Shown one piece after another: positions 1 to 12,333 of a DNA stretch of 64,000 nucleotides. The number at the start of each line of letters is the position of its first letter. The first letter of the stretch is position 1. The position numbers were made by a program, and so were the translations under genes. The notes beneath the pieces are model-generated. The model did no database searches and was not told the DNA's origin. It saw nothing but the letters and a program-made list of their open reading frames with translations. This DNA is from Mobula hypostoma. Lineage: Eukaryota. The stretch covers positions 58,654,001 to 58,718,000 of the forward strand of contig NC_086097.1 of NCBI RefSeq assembly GCF_963921235.1, in the 5' to 3' direction.

Positions 1-1396
1 AGCTCTCGCAGCAGTATGTTGACTGATGGGCACGTCCTCTATCCAGAAAATTACCCACTGTCCCCAAGTCCACAAAAGCCTTCACCTGCCTCAGGTTCTT
101 ACCCCAGGTAAACTCCGCCTTCAGCACGAAACCAGAATCCACGGGGTTGGGCGTAACGGCTGCTACCGACGCAGTCCTCCTGACATTGGACAGGATCAGC
201 AGGTCCCCAGGAGGACGCAGCTTCGGACATTTGGCCCACAGGTGATCTGCTTCCCCACAGTAAAAGCTGCAACCTTGACTCCGATGCTGGGGCCTCTCAT
301 CGGTGGAGAGTCCAGTGCAGGGGTTCAACTAGATCTTCAGCAGGCGATGGGCTGGTCATGGTCCGAGGTTGGGGAGTGGAACAACGATGTGCTGAGTTTG
401 GGTTCAGGCTCGCCCTCCTCGACCTTGACCACCTATGCTGCATCAGACAATCATCGAGACAGATGGGCTGGTCAATGAGAACTTTTAAGTTCTCTGCTGG
501 CCCTCCCAGGGCGAGGGCATCCTTAAATTTATCTCAGAGTCTGTGGCAGTATAGTGTGCCCAAGGCCTCCCCATACCAAACACTCTCCTAGGTCAAGGTC
601 TGAAATTCAATCATGTAGCAGCTGCTGACTGTCCGCCCCCCCACCCCTCTCAAACCTTCATCAGGTAGTCTGAGGCTTGGCTTGCTCTGGTGGGGTTATG
701 ATTCACCTCACTCATGGCAGCCATGAATTCCTCTGAATTTGAGCAAATTGCCATCCTGTGTTTCCAATGCACAGTGCCCCAGGCCAGGGCGCTCTCAACC
801 AGACACACACACCAAAGGGAACTGAGATAGCTGGCACTCAAACACTAATGAGCACTGGATGAGGAAGCCGTGGAAAGAACCCAGGTCCCCATCAAATCTC
901 TGTGGGATTGGAAGCAGGACTGACTGGTTCTCCCCAGCGACTCTGGTCTCCTCCTTGCAAAAGATGACCAAGGGCTACCTGGAGGTCAGGTTTCTCCATG
1001 CTCTGTTGGGAATTATCTTCACTATGGCTGGTCACAGCAAACGAAATACTCTGATACCCCACTGGGTCCATACTAGCTCAATTGTACCATGACGAGAATG
1101 GCTTCGATCCAAATGTTGCAGTATCCAAGGTTAGGATCAAGACACAGCTTCAAACTGAATTGAGAATCTCAGCACAAACAAACACTTGATGAAATCACAA
1201 GTAGACATACAACTGAGCACCAAACTCCAGTTTAGGTGCTCCTTAAATGCTCAACCCTTTGCACCCAAAACATGATTGCCAATTAGCAGGACTGTCCTGA
1301 ATCTTTAAAGGGGCCACATCAGCCATCCATTCATACTCTGAGGAGTTAGAGCGTCTAAACCTCGGAAGCTGGTGCATATGGGTGCATATCATAACA
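1..1396 (-). mobile_element. Ty3/Gypsy (sushi-like) LTR retrotransposon, 5' part: LTR, gag, zinc knuckle, protease; decayed and running off the window edge
   Basis: The minus strand gives ATG GAC CCA (MDP) at 1071, a gag-like ALAWGTVHW..CSNSEEFMAAM stretch, a knuckle SFYCGEADHLWAKCP and protease-like KAFVDLGTVGNFLD. Stops and frameshifts are present. Confidence 0.85.
1089..1396 (-). repeat. Putative 5' LTR of the sushi-like element
   Basis: Begins TGTTATGA at 1396 and ends about 17 nt before the gag ATG. The partner LTR is outside the window, so the 3' boundary is approximate. Confidence 0.55.
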
Positions 1397-1409
1397 CCCT
1401 AATTATACT

Positions 1410-2011
1410 AAGCTTTTATAAGCACATAGTGGAGTGTACCCCAACTAGTTGCATCATGGTCTGGTATGGAAATACCAATGCCCCAGAACAGAAAAGCCTA
1501 TAAAAACTGATGGATACGGCAGAGTTTATCACAGGAATAGCTCTCCCCATCGTTGAGCATGTCTACAAGGAGTGCTGCCACAAGAAAGCAACCTCCATTA
1601 TTAAGGGTGCTCACCATCCAGGCCATGCTCTCTTCTCGCTGCTGCCATCAGGAAGTGGGTACGGGAGCCTCAGGTCCCAGGCCACCAGGTTCAGGAACGG
1701 TTATTACCCTTCAACCATCAGGTTCCTGAACCAGAGCAGATAAATCCATTCAACTCTAGATCACTGATCACAACCTACGGACTCACTTTCAATGACTGTA
1801 CAGCTTATGTTCTCTTTATTTTTAATTTTTTTTTGTATTTTCAGTTTATCTTCTTTTGCACATTGGTTTCTTGACAATCTTTTTGTGTATGGTTCCTCAT
1901 TGATTCTGTTGTATTTCTTTGTTCAACTGTGAATGCCTGCAAGAAAATGAATCTCAGGGTAGGATACAGTGACAAATATGTACTTCATTAATAAATTAAC
2001 TTTGAACTTTG
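1410..2011 (+). mobile_element. Rex1/Babar-type LINE 3' fragment
   Basis: ORF 1510-1743 has KATSIIKGAHHPGHALFSLLPSG..RFRNGYYPSTIRFLN. The T-rich 3' UTR ends AATAAA..ACTTTGAACTTTG. Confidence 0.85.
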
Positions 2012-2039
2012 TTAAAGATATCATGCCATGCTATTTGCA

Positions 2040-2400
2040 AGTCTGACATCAGACTACCAAAACCGCCTCTCTATTCCCAGCTCCATCATAGTAAAAGTTA
2101 ACCAAGCAGATGGAAAAAAAATTCAAGATGTGTTCAAAGCCTCTGCAAAAAGATGTAACACCTCTGGTCCATGACTGATCGAAGTGGAGGAGGAAGATTT
2201 ATGCTGATATTGAGGACCTCAATTCCATGGCAAACTACCCCTCCACTCACCCCAGCAGACAACTCTTGCCCCATCCACAGAAGAGTCAGTGGTTCCCACA
2301 GTGGCCTCATTAGCCATCCCAGAACCTATAAAACAGAAAAAGCACCAGTCCACCCTCAATCCTAAAGGATTGCCTGAGTAGTTGAGACCGTTTGCCCAGT
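2040..2400 (+). mobile_element. Old RTE/BovB-like LINE 3' remnant
   Basis: Degenerate C-terminal CPI..RVSGSHSGLISHPRTY and an upstream HD.SKWRR-like stretch. Confidence 0.6.
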
Positions 2401-3065
2401 GCAACATCTAATTATTTCTCGAATGAGCCCCAGCTAAGCATATTCACTATTTTATCTGCTAATTTATCCCAAGTGTTAGTTACTTTCTGCATGACAACTT
2501 TCTTGACCACATATGTAAAATCACCTTAATTTGTTTGAACCTGTGACTATTTGTTTACTCACTAGTCTCACTATTTTGTTCAAAGCAGTATTGTTGATCA
2601 ATACTTCCCATTCTTTAATTATTTTATATATTTTGTTTCCATGCTGAGAGAACAGTCTTTCATCATGAATCAATTCTGTCACAAAGGATCAGCCTCTTGA
2701 TATCTCTGTATTTGTTGAATATTTACTCTAGTAAATAGTAGACTGTGATATCTGACAATAACATTATTGTTACATTATGACATGCAGGATGTTAACTTTA
2801 ATATTAATCTGGGACTGGCTTGATAGGCAAATTTCCCAATCTAATGGCTGAGATATCTGCAGAAACTTGCACTACCCTACTGGGCCATTAGATGTTGAAC
2901 TATGAAGTACAATTTTCCAATTGGCATTTATAGGCTTTGTGGAGTTCTTCCTTTGCTTGGTGCTCCTGCGGTTACACAGTAGATACAAACAATACATGAG
3001 GAACAGTTCAATCCAGTTGACTGGGAGATTGGTTTTGCTGAATGCTGATCCAAATTGAGTGTATA

Positions 3066-3268
3066 CGTTGTGTTTGTACAACTACATATCAAATAAATAA
3101 AAGCACTCATGTGAGAGATGAACTGGTGTATTCACATTGCAGAGAGAAAGAGAGAGAAGATCAATGTGTATGCACAGACAACAGATCAATGCACACAGGT
3201 AAGTTATCAGTCCATTAGTAGTACTAAGGGGAGTCATTGCTCTAAAATAAGTAGATCCATACATTACA
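3066..3268 (-). repeat. 3' LTR (~200 bp) preceded by a polypurine tract
   Basis: The minus strand reads AAGGGGGGGAG (PPT, 3279-3269) then TGTAATGT. The distal end near ..AAACACAAC is approximate. Confidence 0.7.
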
Positions 3269-3645
3269 CTCCCCCCCTTAAGATTGATGTAACATAAAAC
3301 TATATATGTAACAAAACATTCAACTTCCCTTAAACAAACCATATTCAAATAAACATGCTTTCACAGTAACAGTCCATAACTAACCTCACTATACTAAAGA
3401 TTGAGTCTTTTGCCAAGTACTCTGTTTCTTTCGGGATAGCGTCTTTGGACCTGTGGAGTGGCATCAGGTTTGACTGGTGTCTTGTCAAAGGTAACTTTCT
3501 CTGTTGCAGGAGTCATGTTGCAGTCAATGACATGATTATCACTGAGAGGTAAGTCTGCTGGCTGTATTGTGCCAGTCTTGTTGGATGCAGTCGACTCAGG
3601 TGTGTTCTTCAGTTGAGCATTCAGTATCTGGTCCACATGCCATCT

Positions 3646-4293
3646 CTATGTCTGATCTCCAACATCTACTGTGTACATCAGTGGTCCATTTCTCGTAGCT
3701 ATCCCACTGGTTGTCCAATTGTCTTCTTGGTAATCATGTGCTAGGACATCCTGTCCAACATCAAAGCTCCTTGTTGATTCACTTGGCAACTGGTTGAACT
3801 GTTTATTCTGCACTTCCCTCCATAGATCTGGTTTCAGGAAGGCTATGTGAAATCTCAGATTCCTGCTCATGAACAGCTTTACAGATGTTTGATTTGTCAT
3901 GGCATTAACAGAGTTCGGATACACAAAAAGCAGGTTGTCCATCTTGTGCTGTAGAGAAACGCCCTCCTTGTCTATTGCTTTAATGGACTTTTTGAAGGTT
4001 TGGATAAATCTTTCAGTGAGCCCATTTGTTGATGGGTGGTGAGGAGCTGACTTGAAATATCTGATGCCATTTTTCTTCTTGAATAGTCTGAACTCTTCTG
4101 ACGTGTGTTGTGGTCCGTTGTCACTCTCAATTTGTTCAGGTAAGCAGTTTCTGGTGAAGGTAGTCCTCAGAGCAGAAACAGTCTTTTCTGATGTAGTTGA
4201 ATTCATTGGTATGACCTCCAGCCACTTTGAATGAGCATCCACGGCAATCAGAAACATGGAGTCCATGAATGGCCCAGCATAGTCAATATGCAC
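3646..4293 (-). pseudogene. Gypsy integrase core fragment
   Basis: D-D-E motifs HIDYAGP, SDNGPQ and NGLTER lie in a 215-aa ORF; the rest of pol is disrupted. Confidence 0.9.
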
Positions 4294-4536
4294 TCTTTGC
4301 CATGGTGAAGGCGGCCACTCCCGTGGGTGTAACGGTGTCTGTGGGGGTGTATTTTAGACAGCTTTTGGTCAAGCCTTCAATCTGTCTATCTATTCCTAGC
4401 CTCCACACATAGTTCTGGGCGAGACTCTTCATCTTGACTGTACCCAAGTGTCTTTCGTGCAGATTCTCTAACACTTTGGTGTGCTGTTTAGAGAAACCAT
4501 GACACAAGATCCACACGTCCATGTTCTTTGACATAC

Positions 4537-4909
4537 AGACAATAGACAATAGACAATAGGTGCAGGAGTAGGCCATTCGGCTCTTCGAGTCAGCACCGCC
4601 ATTCACTGTGATCATGGCTAATCATCCACAATCAGTACCCTGTTCCTACCTTATCCCCATAACCTTTGATTCCACTATCTTTAAGAGCTCTATCCATCTC
4701 TTTTTTGAAAGCATCCAGAGGCTTGGCCTCCACAGCCTTCTGGGGCAGAGCATTCCATATATCCACCACTCTCTGGGTGAAAAAGTTTTTCCTCAACTCC
4801 GTTCTAAATGGCCTACCCCTAATTCTTAAACTGTGGCCTCTGGTTCTGGACTCACCCATCAGCAGGAACATGCTTCCTGCCTGCAGCATGTCCAATCCCT
4901 TAATAATCT
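4537..4909 (-). mobile_element. 5'-truncated CR1 LINE inserted into Gypsy pol
   Basis: ORF2 C-terminus SRTRGHSLRIRGRPFRTELRKNFFTQRVV; (AGACAAT)3 tail at 4537-4557; Gypsy sequence on both sides. Confidence 0.93.
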
Positions 4910-7900
4910 CATCTCACTGAGAACTCTGGAGATATAGGATTACCTAGAGCTGGCCATCCTTGCATGGTGATGTCATAGGCTTTTGACAATGTCAGGTCAT
5001 TCCTTGTTTCTCTTTGTGCATCAGAATTTGTTAGTGGCATCTGGTCCACCAGTGCTGTGTGAAACACTTCTGCTGGGTCACAGTATGAAGATTTTTCTTC
5101 TTCAGTTGCCAGCAGTGGAAGACATGACAAGCCATCAGCATTGCTGTGTTGTCTGGTACCCTTGAACTTGATGCCAGAAGAGTTAGCTCCTAGGAATAAT
5201 GTCCAATGTTCAGACCAGGTAGCAGATGTCACTGGGATTTCCTTTCTGGGATTGAAAATGGAAACAAGGAGCTGGTGGTCTGTCACTAGAGTAAACTTTT
5301 GTCCGTAGAGTTAATGGTAGAATTTCTTTATTTCCCATACTAGACTAAGGGCCTCTCAGTCAATCTGTGTGTAGTTCTGTTCTGTACTCGTCAGTGACTT
5401 TGAAACAAATACTTTCCGACGTTCAGATCCATCTTTCATAGTGTGTTGCAAAACAGTTCCAATGCCACAAGGGGAGGCATTGCACACCAGTCTGATGGGC
5501 GGAGATGGGTCATAATGGGTGAACAGTTCATCGGATGTTATTAGTCTCTATGTTTCCTTGAATGCTCTTTCACATTTTTCTGACCATTACCACTTGCTCC
5601 TGTCTGTAGCAGTGCATTCAATGGGTGCATGACTGTAGCAATGTTAGGGAGAAACCAGTGGTAGTAGTTTACCAGGCACAAGTATGAGCTGAGTTGTGAC
5701 ACATTTTCTGGTTTGAGTGCCTGCAGCGCTGCTTCAAATCTTCTCTTGTGACTTATGTAAGCCATGCTTGTCAAAGACAAGTCCACAATATGAGATTTCA
5801 TTCTTGAAAAGCTCATATTTCTCTCTCTTTGCATGCAGACCATACTCACTCAGCCTGGTAAGCACTTTACCAAGATTCCGGAGGTGTTCTTTATCACTCT
5901 TGCCAGTCACGATGATGCCATCAATGTGACATTGTGTTCCTGGGATATCTTGGAGCACTTGGTCCATTGCTCTTTGCCAAATTGCTGGAGCAGACGTGAT
6001 ACCATAGATGAGACAATTATACTGGAAGTGTTGATCATGAGGAACTTTGTACTTGACTCCTTGATCTCCATTTGTAAATAGGCTTATCTGCCTATCTTTG
6101 AAAGCCTCTCCCCTCCTGCCAAAGATGCAGAAATGATTTTTGTTTGTGGCAGGGGATGCTGCACAATATGCAGCACAGGGTTGATGCTCACTTTGAAGTG
6201 CCCACACATGCGACAGCTCTGGTCTTCTCTTTCTTGATACCGGGTCAATGGGCAAGGCCCAATCTCGGAGAGAATGCCAAACATCTCCAAGCTCTGAAGT
6301 TCAGCATCCACTTTAGGACGTAGTGTGTAAGACCATGGATGTGCTTTATATAATCTTGGTGTTGCTGCATTATCCAGTTCAATTCTAGCCTTCATGCTCT
6401 TCAATACACTTTTCAAATGCCTTCACATTAGCATTAAGCAACTGTGACAGTCTCTGGTTAGTGCTACAGCTTGGGCTGCAGTTGCCTATTGATGACACAT
6501 TGAGATCTTTGATTGTCTGCCAGTCTCGTTGGATTTTTCTTGACCATTCACGTCTGAAAAGTGCTAGCCCTCCACTTTGCAACTCATGAAGCTCTAACTG
6601 CTGTGTTTGGCTCTGTACGTCACATTCACTTTCAGTTTTGCCTTTGGGAGACACTTTTTTTGTCCTTAGTATCATCGAGGCCTTTTCTAAAGGTAGCTTA
6701 GAAACCAGTCTGTTGTAGCTAGCTTCTGAAATTATAGACAAAGCTGACCCTGTATCCAGCTCCATTTTCAGTTTTACACCAGACACATATATTGTGATCC
6801 ATATGATTTTATGATCTGTTTCAGTAATGCTGTGCAGTTCCAGGCATTACAACCCACCTTTGTCACACTCTGTGTTGCCTGATTTGGTTTCACATTCAGT
6901 CACTTTGTGCATTTGTTTAGTTTTTGTGTTTGAAACTTTTCACTCTGTGTGTTTTTTCTCTTTGGTTGTGCTTTTTAACTGACTTGCACATTCTCTCTAT
7001 ATGGCCTTGTCTGTGGCACTTTCTGCAGACTTTTTCTTTGAACCAAAGGTCATTTGTATCATGGGAAGATTTGCCAAATCAATAACATTTTTGGCTTTTT
7101 GCACCATTCCAGGACATTTTATGCATTTCACATCCTAAACTCTTTTTCTGTAGTGCTACTGCATACTTTGCTGCAGTCGCTAACAATATTGCAATGGTCA
7201 ATGCCCGTTCTAAGGTTAGGTCACTTTCTGTCAGTAGTCTCTTCTGAGTGCTTTCAATATGCACGTGACATACAAGCTTGTCCCTTAATGCATCAGAAAG
7301 TACATCTCCATAATCCCAGAACTGGGAATTTTGTGCAGTTCTGTGATGCATTCAGAAATGTTTTCATCATTTAACTGATTCCTTATGTTAAATCTAAATC
7401 TCTCAGGTATTACCATCAGTTTAGGGCTCAAATGATCTTGTAAAATTGTAACAATTTCATCATTCTGGTTGCTGGTTTTTCAGGAGTTACTAAGTTGCAT
7501 AAAAGCTTGTATGTTTTAGTACCTATTAAGCTCAGAAGCATGGAGACTTTCTTTTCTTCATCCATGTCATTTGCATTACAATACAGTTCAACCCTCTCAA
7601 TATATAATTCTCAGTCCTCATTAGCACTCTCAAATTTGCCAACTTTCCCGACTAAGGCCATCGTCAGAATTATTTTACTTTAACTTTGCCAGTTGTGCGC
7701 CTTTCAAGGTGCAATTCTACTAAATAAGAAAGGAGTGAGATAGAAAACAAGGAATTATTGACCCATGACCCTAATGTTGGTAGCAGCGAATCTGGCAAAG
7801 GATACAATAACAAAGCACCCTGAAAGGAATAATAGGATTTATCAGAATCACGACTGACTAATTTACTGGTTACCTTTGAGGATATGATTGGCATAGTATG

Positions 7901-9499
7901 TGGCTGATAGAGAGTTTAATATAACATATTACAACTGTCCATTACAGACTGCAGTATTATTACATTTGTTATCAGTTCAAAACATTTTTTTGGTCTTTAT
8001 GCATTATTTCCAAATGCTTCTAATATGAGAAATATGAAAATAGTCTTTTCAAGAATTAAAGTATGGACTGTTTCAATTAGCACATCACATAATAGGGAAA
8101 CATATTTCTCATGCTACTGAATACTTATTAATTTAATCCAAAATGATTTTTTTAATGTCCAGAATTCCACAAGTGATGCAAAATTCTGTTTTGTCAGGGC
8201 ACTGCCACCAGGTGTCACAAGTTTCCCTCTTTCAGAGCTGTAGCACGTCTGCTGTAAGAAAGATTTTGGTTTGTGCTCGGCACAGACTACATGGATCAAA
8301 GAGCCTATTCCTATGCTGTACCGTTTAATGTTCTATGCTAATGATTTGGTAGAAAAATAAACCTAATCTATTCTACAAATTTTCTACAGTAAATTCATAC
8401 TGTGTAGGAACATAAGATTTAAAGAAAATGAAACCTTGGCTAACTAATTAGAGGAGGGAAAAAAGTTTAGTTTCATTCGAGCCACAGAAAAAGTATGTAT
8501 TTCATTATATGGCATTTTGGCATGATCAGTATGAAAAGATTTAGCAATTATCAACAACATGTCAGGCAAGTAATATTTTAGACACAAGACCTGACAAGCC
8601 AGATGGTGTGTATTAGAATTAGCAGGGGACATGAGGTAACAATCTGGATAGCCTGTGGTAAATGACACAATATAGCTTGGGTTGGAGCATTTATCTCAGT
8701 ACAAGGATGTGGTCGGCTGGATCAGTCCCTTCACAGACAGAATCTTAATTTATCCTTAATTTTGATTGGCAATTAAAATCATTCCAGGTTTATTGTTCCA
8801 ATGTCTGAAGACTGGCTGCAAAGTAGAGCAACAATGTTTGTTGTTCCATGATTCAATTAACACTGGATTTAAATTTTATCTGGGCATTTCTGGTGAAGAA
8901 GCTGCCTGTGGTGGCCACGGTGGTAGTGTTTGGGGGTAGGGTGGGGAGTGGTGATGGTAGGAGGATGAGTTATGATTGGGTTTTACACCAAAATTTGCTC
9001 CTGCACTGTATCCATTGTCAAACAATATTCTGCAAATCTCATTTATTTAAATCAAGTGGAAATTAGCACCTATGCTTGAGACCACATAAAAGCACTAAAC
9101 TTATTCCTAGTTTGAATGTATTTGAAATATTAAAGTTACGGATTCACAGGATTCAACAAAATATATTTTATTCATAATAGGTGTAGTACAATTACCTTAA
9201 CTTACACTGCAATGATGTCATAAATGCAAAGACTCAGAAAAAAATTTGAAAGTTGTAGTGGGGATAAAATTGTTCAAAATTACAGTGAAATTAACTTGAT
9301 TCCTGATATGTCTTATGTTTTTACCTGTTTGGAATCAGCATAATGCAGGTATTTCATACATTTGTTCCAATATTATCCTGATGACAGAGGCACAAGAACA
9401 AATTGACATAGATTTGACATAGAAATTAATTAACTGGTATAATTACAATTGTGAAACTTTTGCACCTGAATTTCTGAAAGTGAAGAGCTGAAAATGTGA

Positions 9500-9620
9500 C
9501 ATAAAATTAGACAGTGCTGGAAACACTCAGTTGATCAGGCAGCAAACGTGGAGAGAGAAACAGAATTAGCATTTCAGGTCAATGACCCTTCATCAGAAAT
9601 ATGTTTCTTTCTCCACTAAG
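9500..9620 (-). mobile_element. Degenerate Penelope-derived terminal-repeat fragment with a hammerhead-like core
   Basis: The minus strand reads CTGATGA-A-GGGTC-ATT-GACCT-GAAA (9596-9572), followed by sequence resembling the arms of the other copies. Confidence 0.65.
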
Positions 9621-9637
9621 CATTCTCTACACGCTCT

Positions 9638-10420
9638 GTTCAAAGTTCAAAGTAAATTTATTATCAAAGTACATATATATCACCATATACAACCCTGAGA
9701 TTCATTTTCTTGTGGGCATACTCAAAAGATCCATAATAGAATCAATGAAAGACTACACCAACTTGGGGGTTCAACCAGTGTGCAAAACACAACAAACTGT
9801 GTAAGTACAAAAGGAAATAAATAATAAATAAGCAATAAATATTGCGAACATGAGATGAAAAGTCCTTGAAAGTGAGACCATAGGTTGTAGGAATATTTCA
9901 ATGAAATTGAGTGAAGTTATCCCCTTTGGTTCAAGAGTGTGATGGTTGAGGGGTAATAACTGTTCCTGAACTTGAGCTCCTGTGCCTTCTTCCTGATGGC
10001 AGCAATGAGAAGCCAGCATGACCTGGGTGGTGGGGTCCCTGATGATGGATGCTGCTTTCCTGTGACAACGCTTCATGTAGATGTATTCAATGGTGGGGAG
10101 GGCTTTACCTGTGATACTCTCTACCACACATGTATAGAAGCTTGCCAAAGTTTTAGATATGCTGAATCTTTGCAAACTCTTAAAGAAGTAGAGGCACTGC
10201 TGTGCTTTCTATGTAATTGCCCTTATGTGCTGGGCCCAGGACAGGTCCTCCAAAATGATAACTCCAAGCAATTTAAAGTTGCTGACCCTCTCCACCTCTG
10301 ATCCTTTCATAAGGGCTGGCTCATGGAACTCTGCTTTTCTTTTCCTGAAGTCAATAATCAGCTGCTTGGTCTAGCGAAAACTGAGTGTTAGTTGTTGTGG
10401 CACATTTCAACCAGATTATT
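9638..10420 (-). mobile_element. Rex1/Babar-type LINE 3' fragment
   Basis: KTLASFYTCVVES..CHRKAASIIRDP; the tail reads TTCAAAGTTCAAAG on the plus strand. Confidence 0.85.
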
Positions 10421-12333
10421 ATTATCTGTTATTATTGCATCTGAGTTTCTTTGATCGACTAATTTAGGTAATTGCATCTTTAAATGCCCAAAGTTGTATT
10501 GAGAAGTTTGTGTGGCTTATACTACCTACAACATTGTGTAGAGGAGCCTGTGCTTTATTTCTGAATATCTGTTGTCAGGTTATCTGAGAGACACAACTAC
10601 ATCTTTGGAAATTGTAATCCTGGTGGCCATCAGTTTGTAGCTAGCTTTTTCATGGCTAGCACAAGTCAATCTTATATATATGTGTGTAGCTTGTCCTATT
10701 TTTGGAGAAATATATTGTGCATATCTTTGCCTTTTCTCTTTAACAGTAATAGACTTTCTTTTTCCAAGTGTCAAATTTTTCCAGATTGAAATGAAAAGTC
10801 CTCAGACCTCTTCTGGAAGATGTCCTTTAGACATGATTTCAAGAAATCTCATTCCATCAATAAGAACATAAGAACATAAGAAATAGGAGCGGGAGTAGGC
10901 CATCTGGCCCATAGAGCCAGCCCCACCATTCAATAAGGTCATGGCTGATCTGTCTGTAAACTCAGCTCCATCTACCTCCCTTTTCCCCATAACCCTTAAT
11001 TCCTGTACTATGTAAAAATCTATCTAACTGTATCTTAAATATATTTCATGAAGAAATCTCAACTGCTTCCCTGGGCAGAAAATTCCACAGATTCACCACT
11101 CTCTGGGAAAAACAGTTTCTTCTCACCTCTGTCCTAAATCTTCTCCTCTGAATCTTGAGGCAATGTACCCTAGTTCTAATCTCATTTACCAATGGAAACA
11201 ACTTTCCTACTTCTATCTTATCTATCCCTTTCAAAATTTCGTATGTTTCTATAAGATCCCCTCTCATTCTTCTGAATTCCAGAGAGTATAGTCCCAGGCT
11301 ACTCAATCTCTCCTCACAGACTAACCCCTTCATCTCTGGAATCAACCTGGTGAACCTCCTCTGCACTGCCTCCAAAGCCAGTATATCCTTCCTCAAGTAT
11401 GGAGACCAGAACAGCACACAGTACCCCAGGTGTGGCCTCACCAGTATCCTGTATAGTTGCAGCATGACCTCCCTGCTCTTGAATTCAATCTCTCCAGCAA
11501 TGAAGGCCAACATTCCATTTACCTTCTTAATAGCCTGTTTTACCTGCAAGCCAACTTTTTGCGATTCATGAACAAGCACTCCCAAGTCCCTCTGCACAAC
11601 AGCATGCTGCAATCTTTCACCGTTTAAATAATAATCTGCTCTTTTATTATTCCTTCCAAAGTGGATGATCTTGCATTTACCAATGGTGTATTCCATTTGC
11701 CCACTCATTTAACCTATCTATATCCCTATGCAGACTCTCCACATCCTCTGTACAATTTGCTTTTCCACTCAGTTTAGTGTCATCAGCAAATTTTGCTATG
11801 CTACACTCAGTCCCCTCTTCCAAATCATCAATGTAAATGGAAAACAGCTGCGGGCCCAGCACCGACCCCTGCGGCACCCCACTCACCACAGACTGCCAAC
11901 TGGAGAAACACCCATTTATACCAACTCTCTGCCTTCTCTTGGTTAACCAATCCTCTATCCATGCCAGTACACTTTCTCCAACTCCATGCATTCATATCTT
12001 ATTTATAAGTCTCTTGTGTGGCACCTTATCGAATGCCTTCTGGAAATCCAGGTACACAACATCCACCTGTTCCCCTCTATCCACTGCACCAGTAAGTTTG
12101 TCAAACAGGACCTGCCCTTTCTGAATCCATGCTGCGTCTGTCTAACGAAACCACTCCTTTCTAAATGTTTCGCTATTTCTTTCTTAATGACAACTTCAAG
12201 CATTTTCCCGACTACAGATGTTAAGCTAACTGGCCTATAGTTGCCCGTCTTTTGCCTACATCCTTTTTTAAAAAGTGGTGTGACATTTGCTGTCTTCCAA
12301 TTTGCTGGGACCTGCCCAGAGTCTAGAGAGTTT

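Larger units (their letters stand above)
3066..7700 (-). mobile_element. Gypsy (Mag/K02A2.6-like) LTR retrotransposon with decayed gag-pol; 3' LTR present, 5' LTR not found
   Basis: gag starts MALVGKVGKFESANED*ELYIERVELY at 7661, followed by a CRKCHRQGHIERMC knuckle, protease MELDTGSA, RT YGITSAPAIWQRAMD..CHIDGII, RNase H TDHQLLVSIF..HSNADGLS and integrase HIDYAGP..SDNGPQ..NGLTERF, in PR-RT-RH-INT order. Confidence 0.93.

Noticed and set aside
26..478. 150-aa plus-strand ORF
   Set aside because: It is antisense to Gypsy gag/protease and shows no independent protein signature.
1..1071. Domesticated sushi-like gene (PEG10/RTL type)
   Set aside because: Multiple stops and frameshifts plus a probable LTR indicate a decayed transposon.
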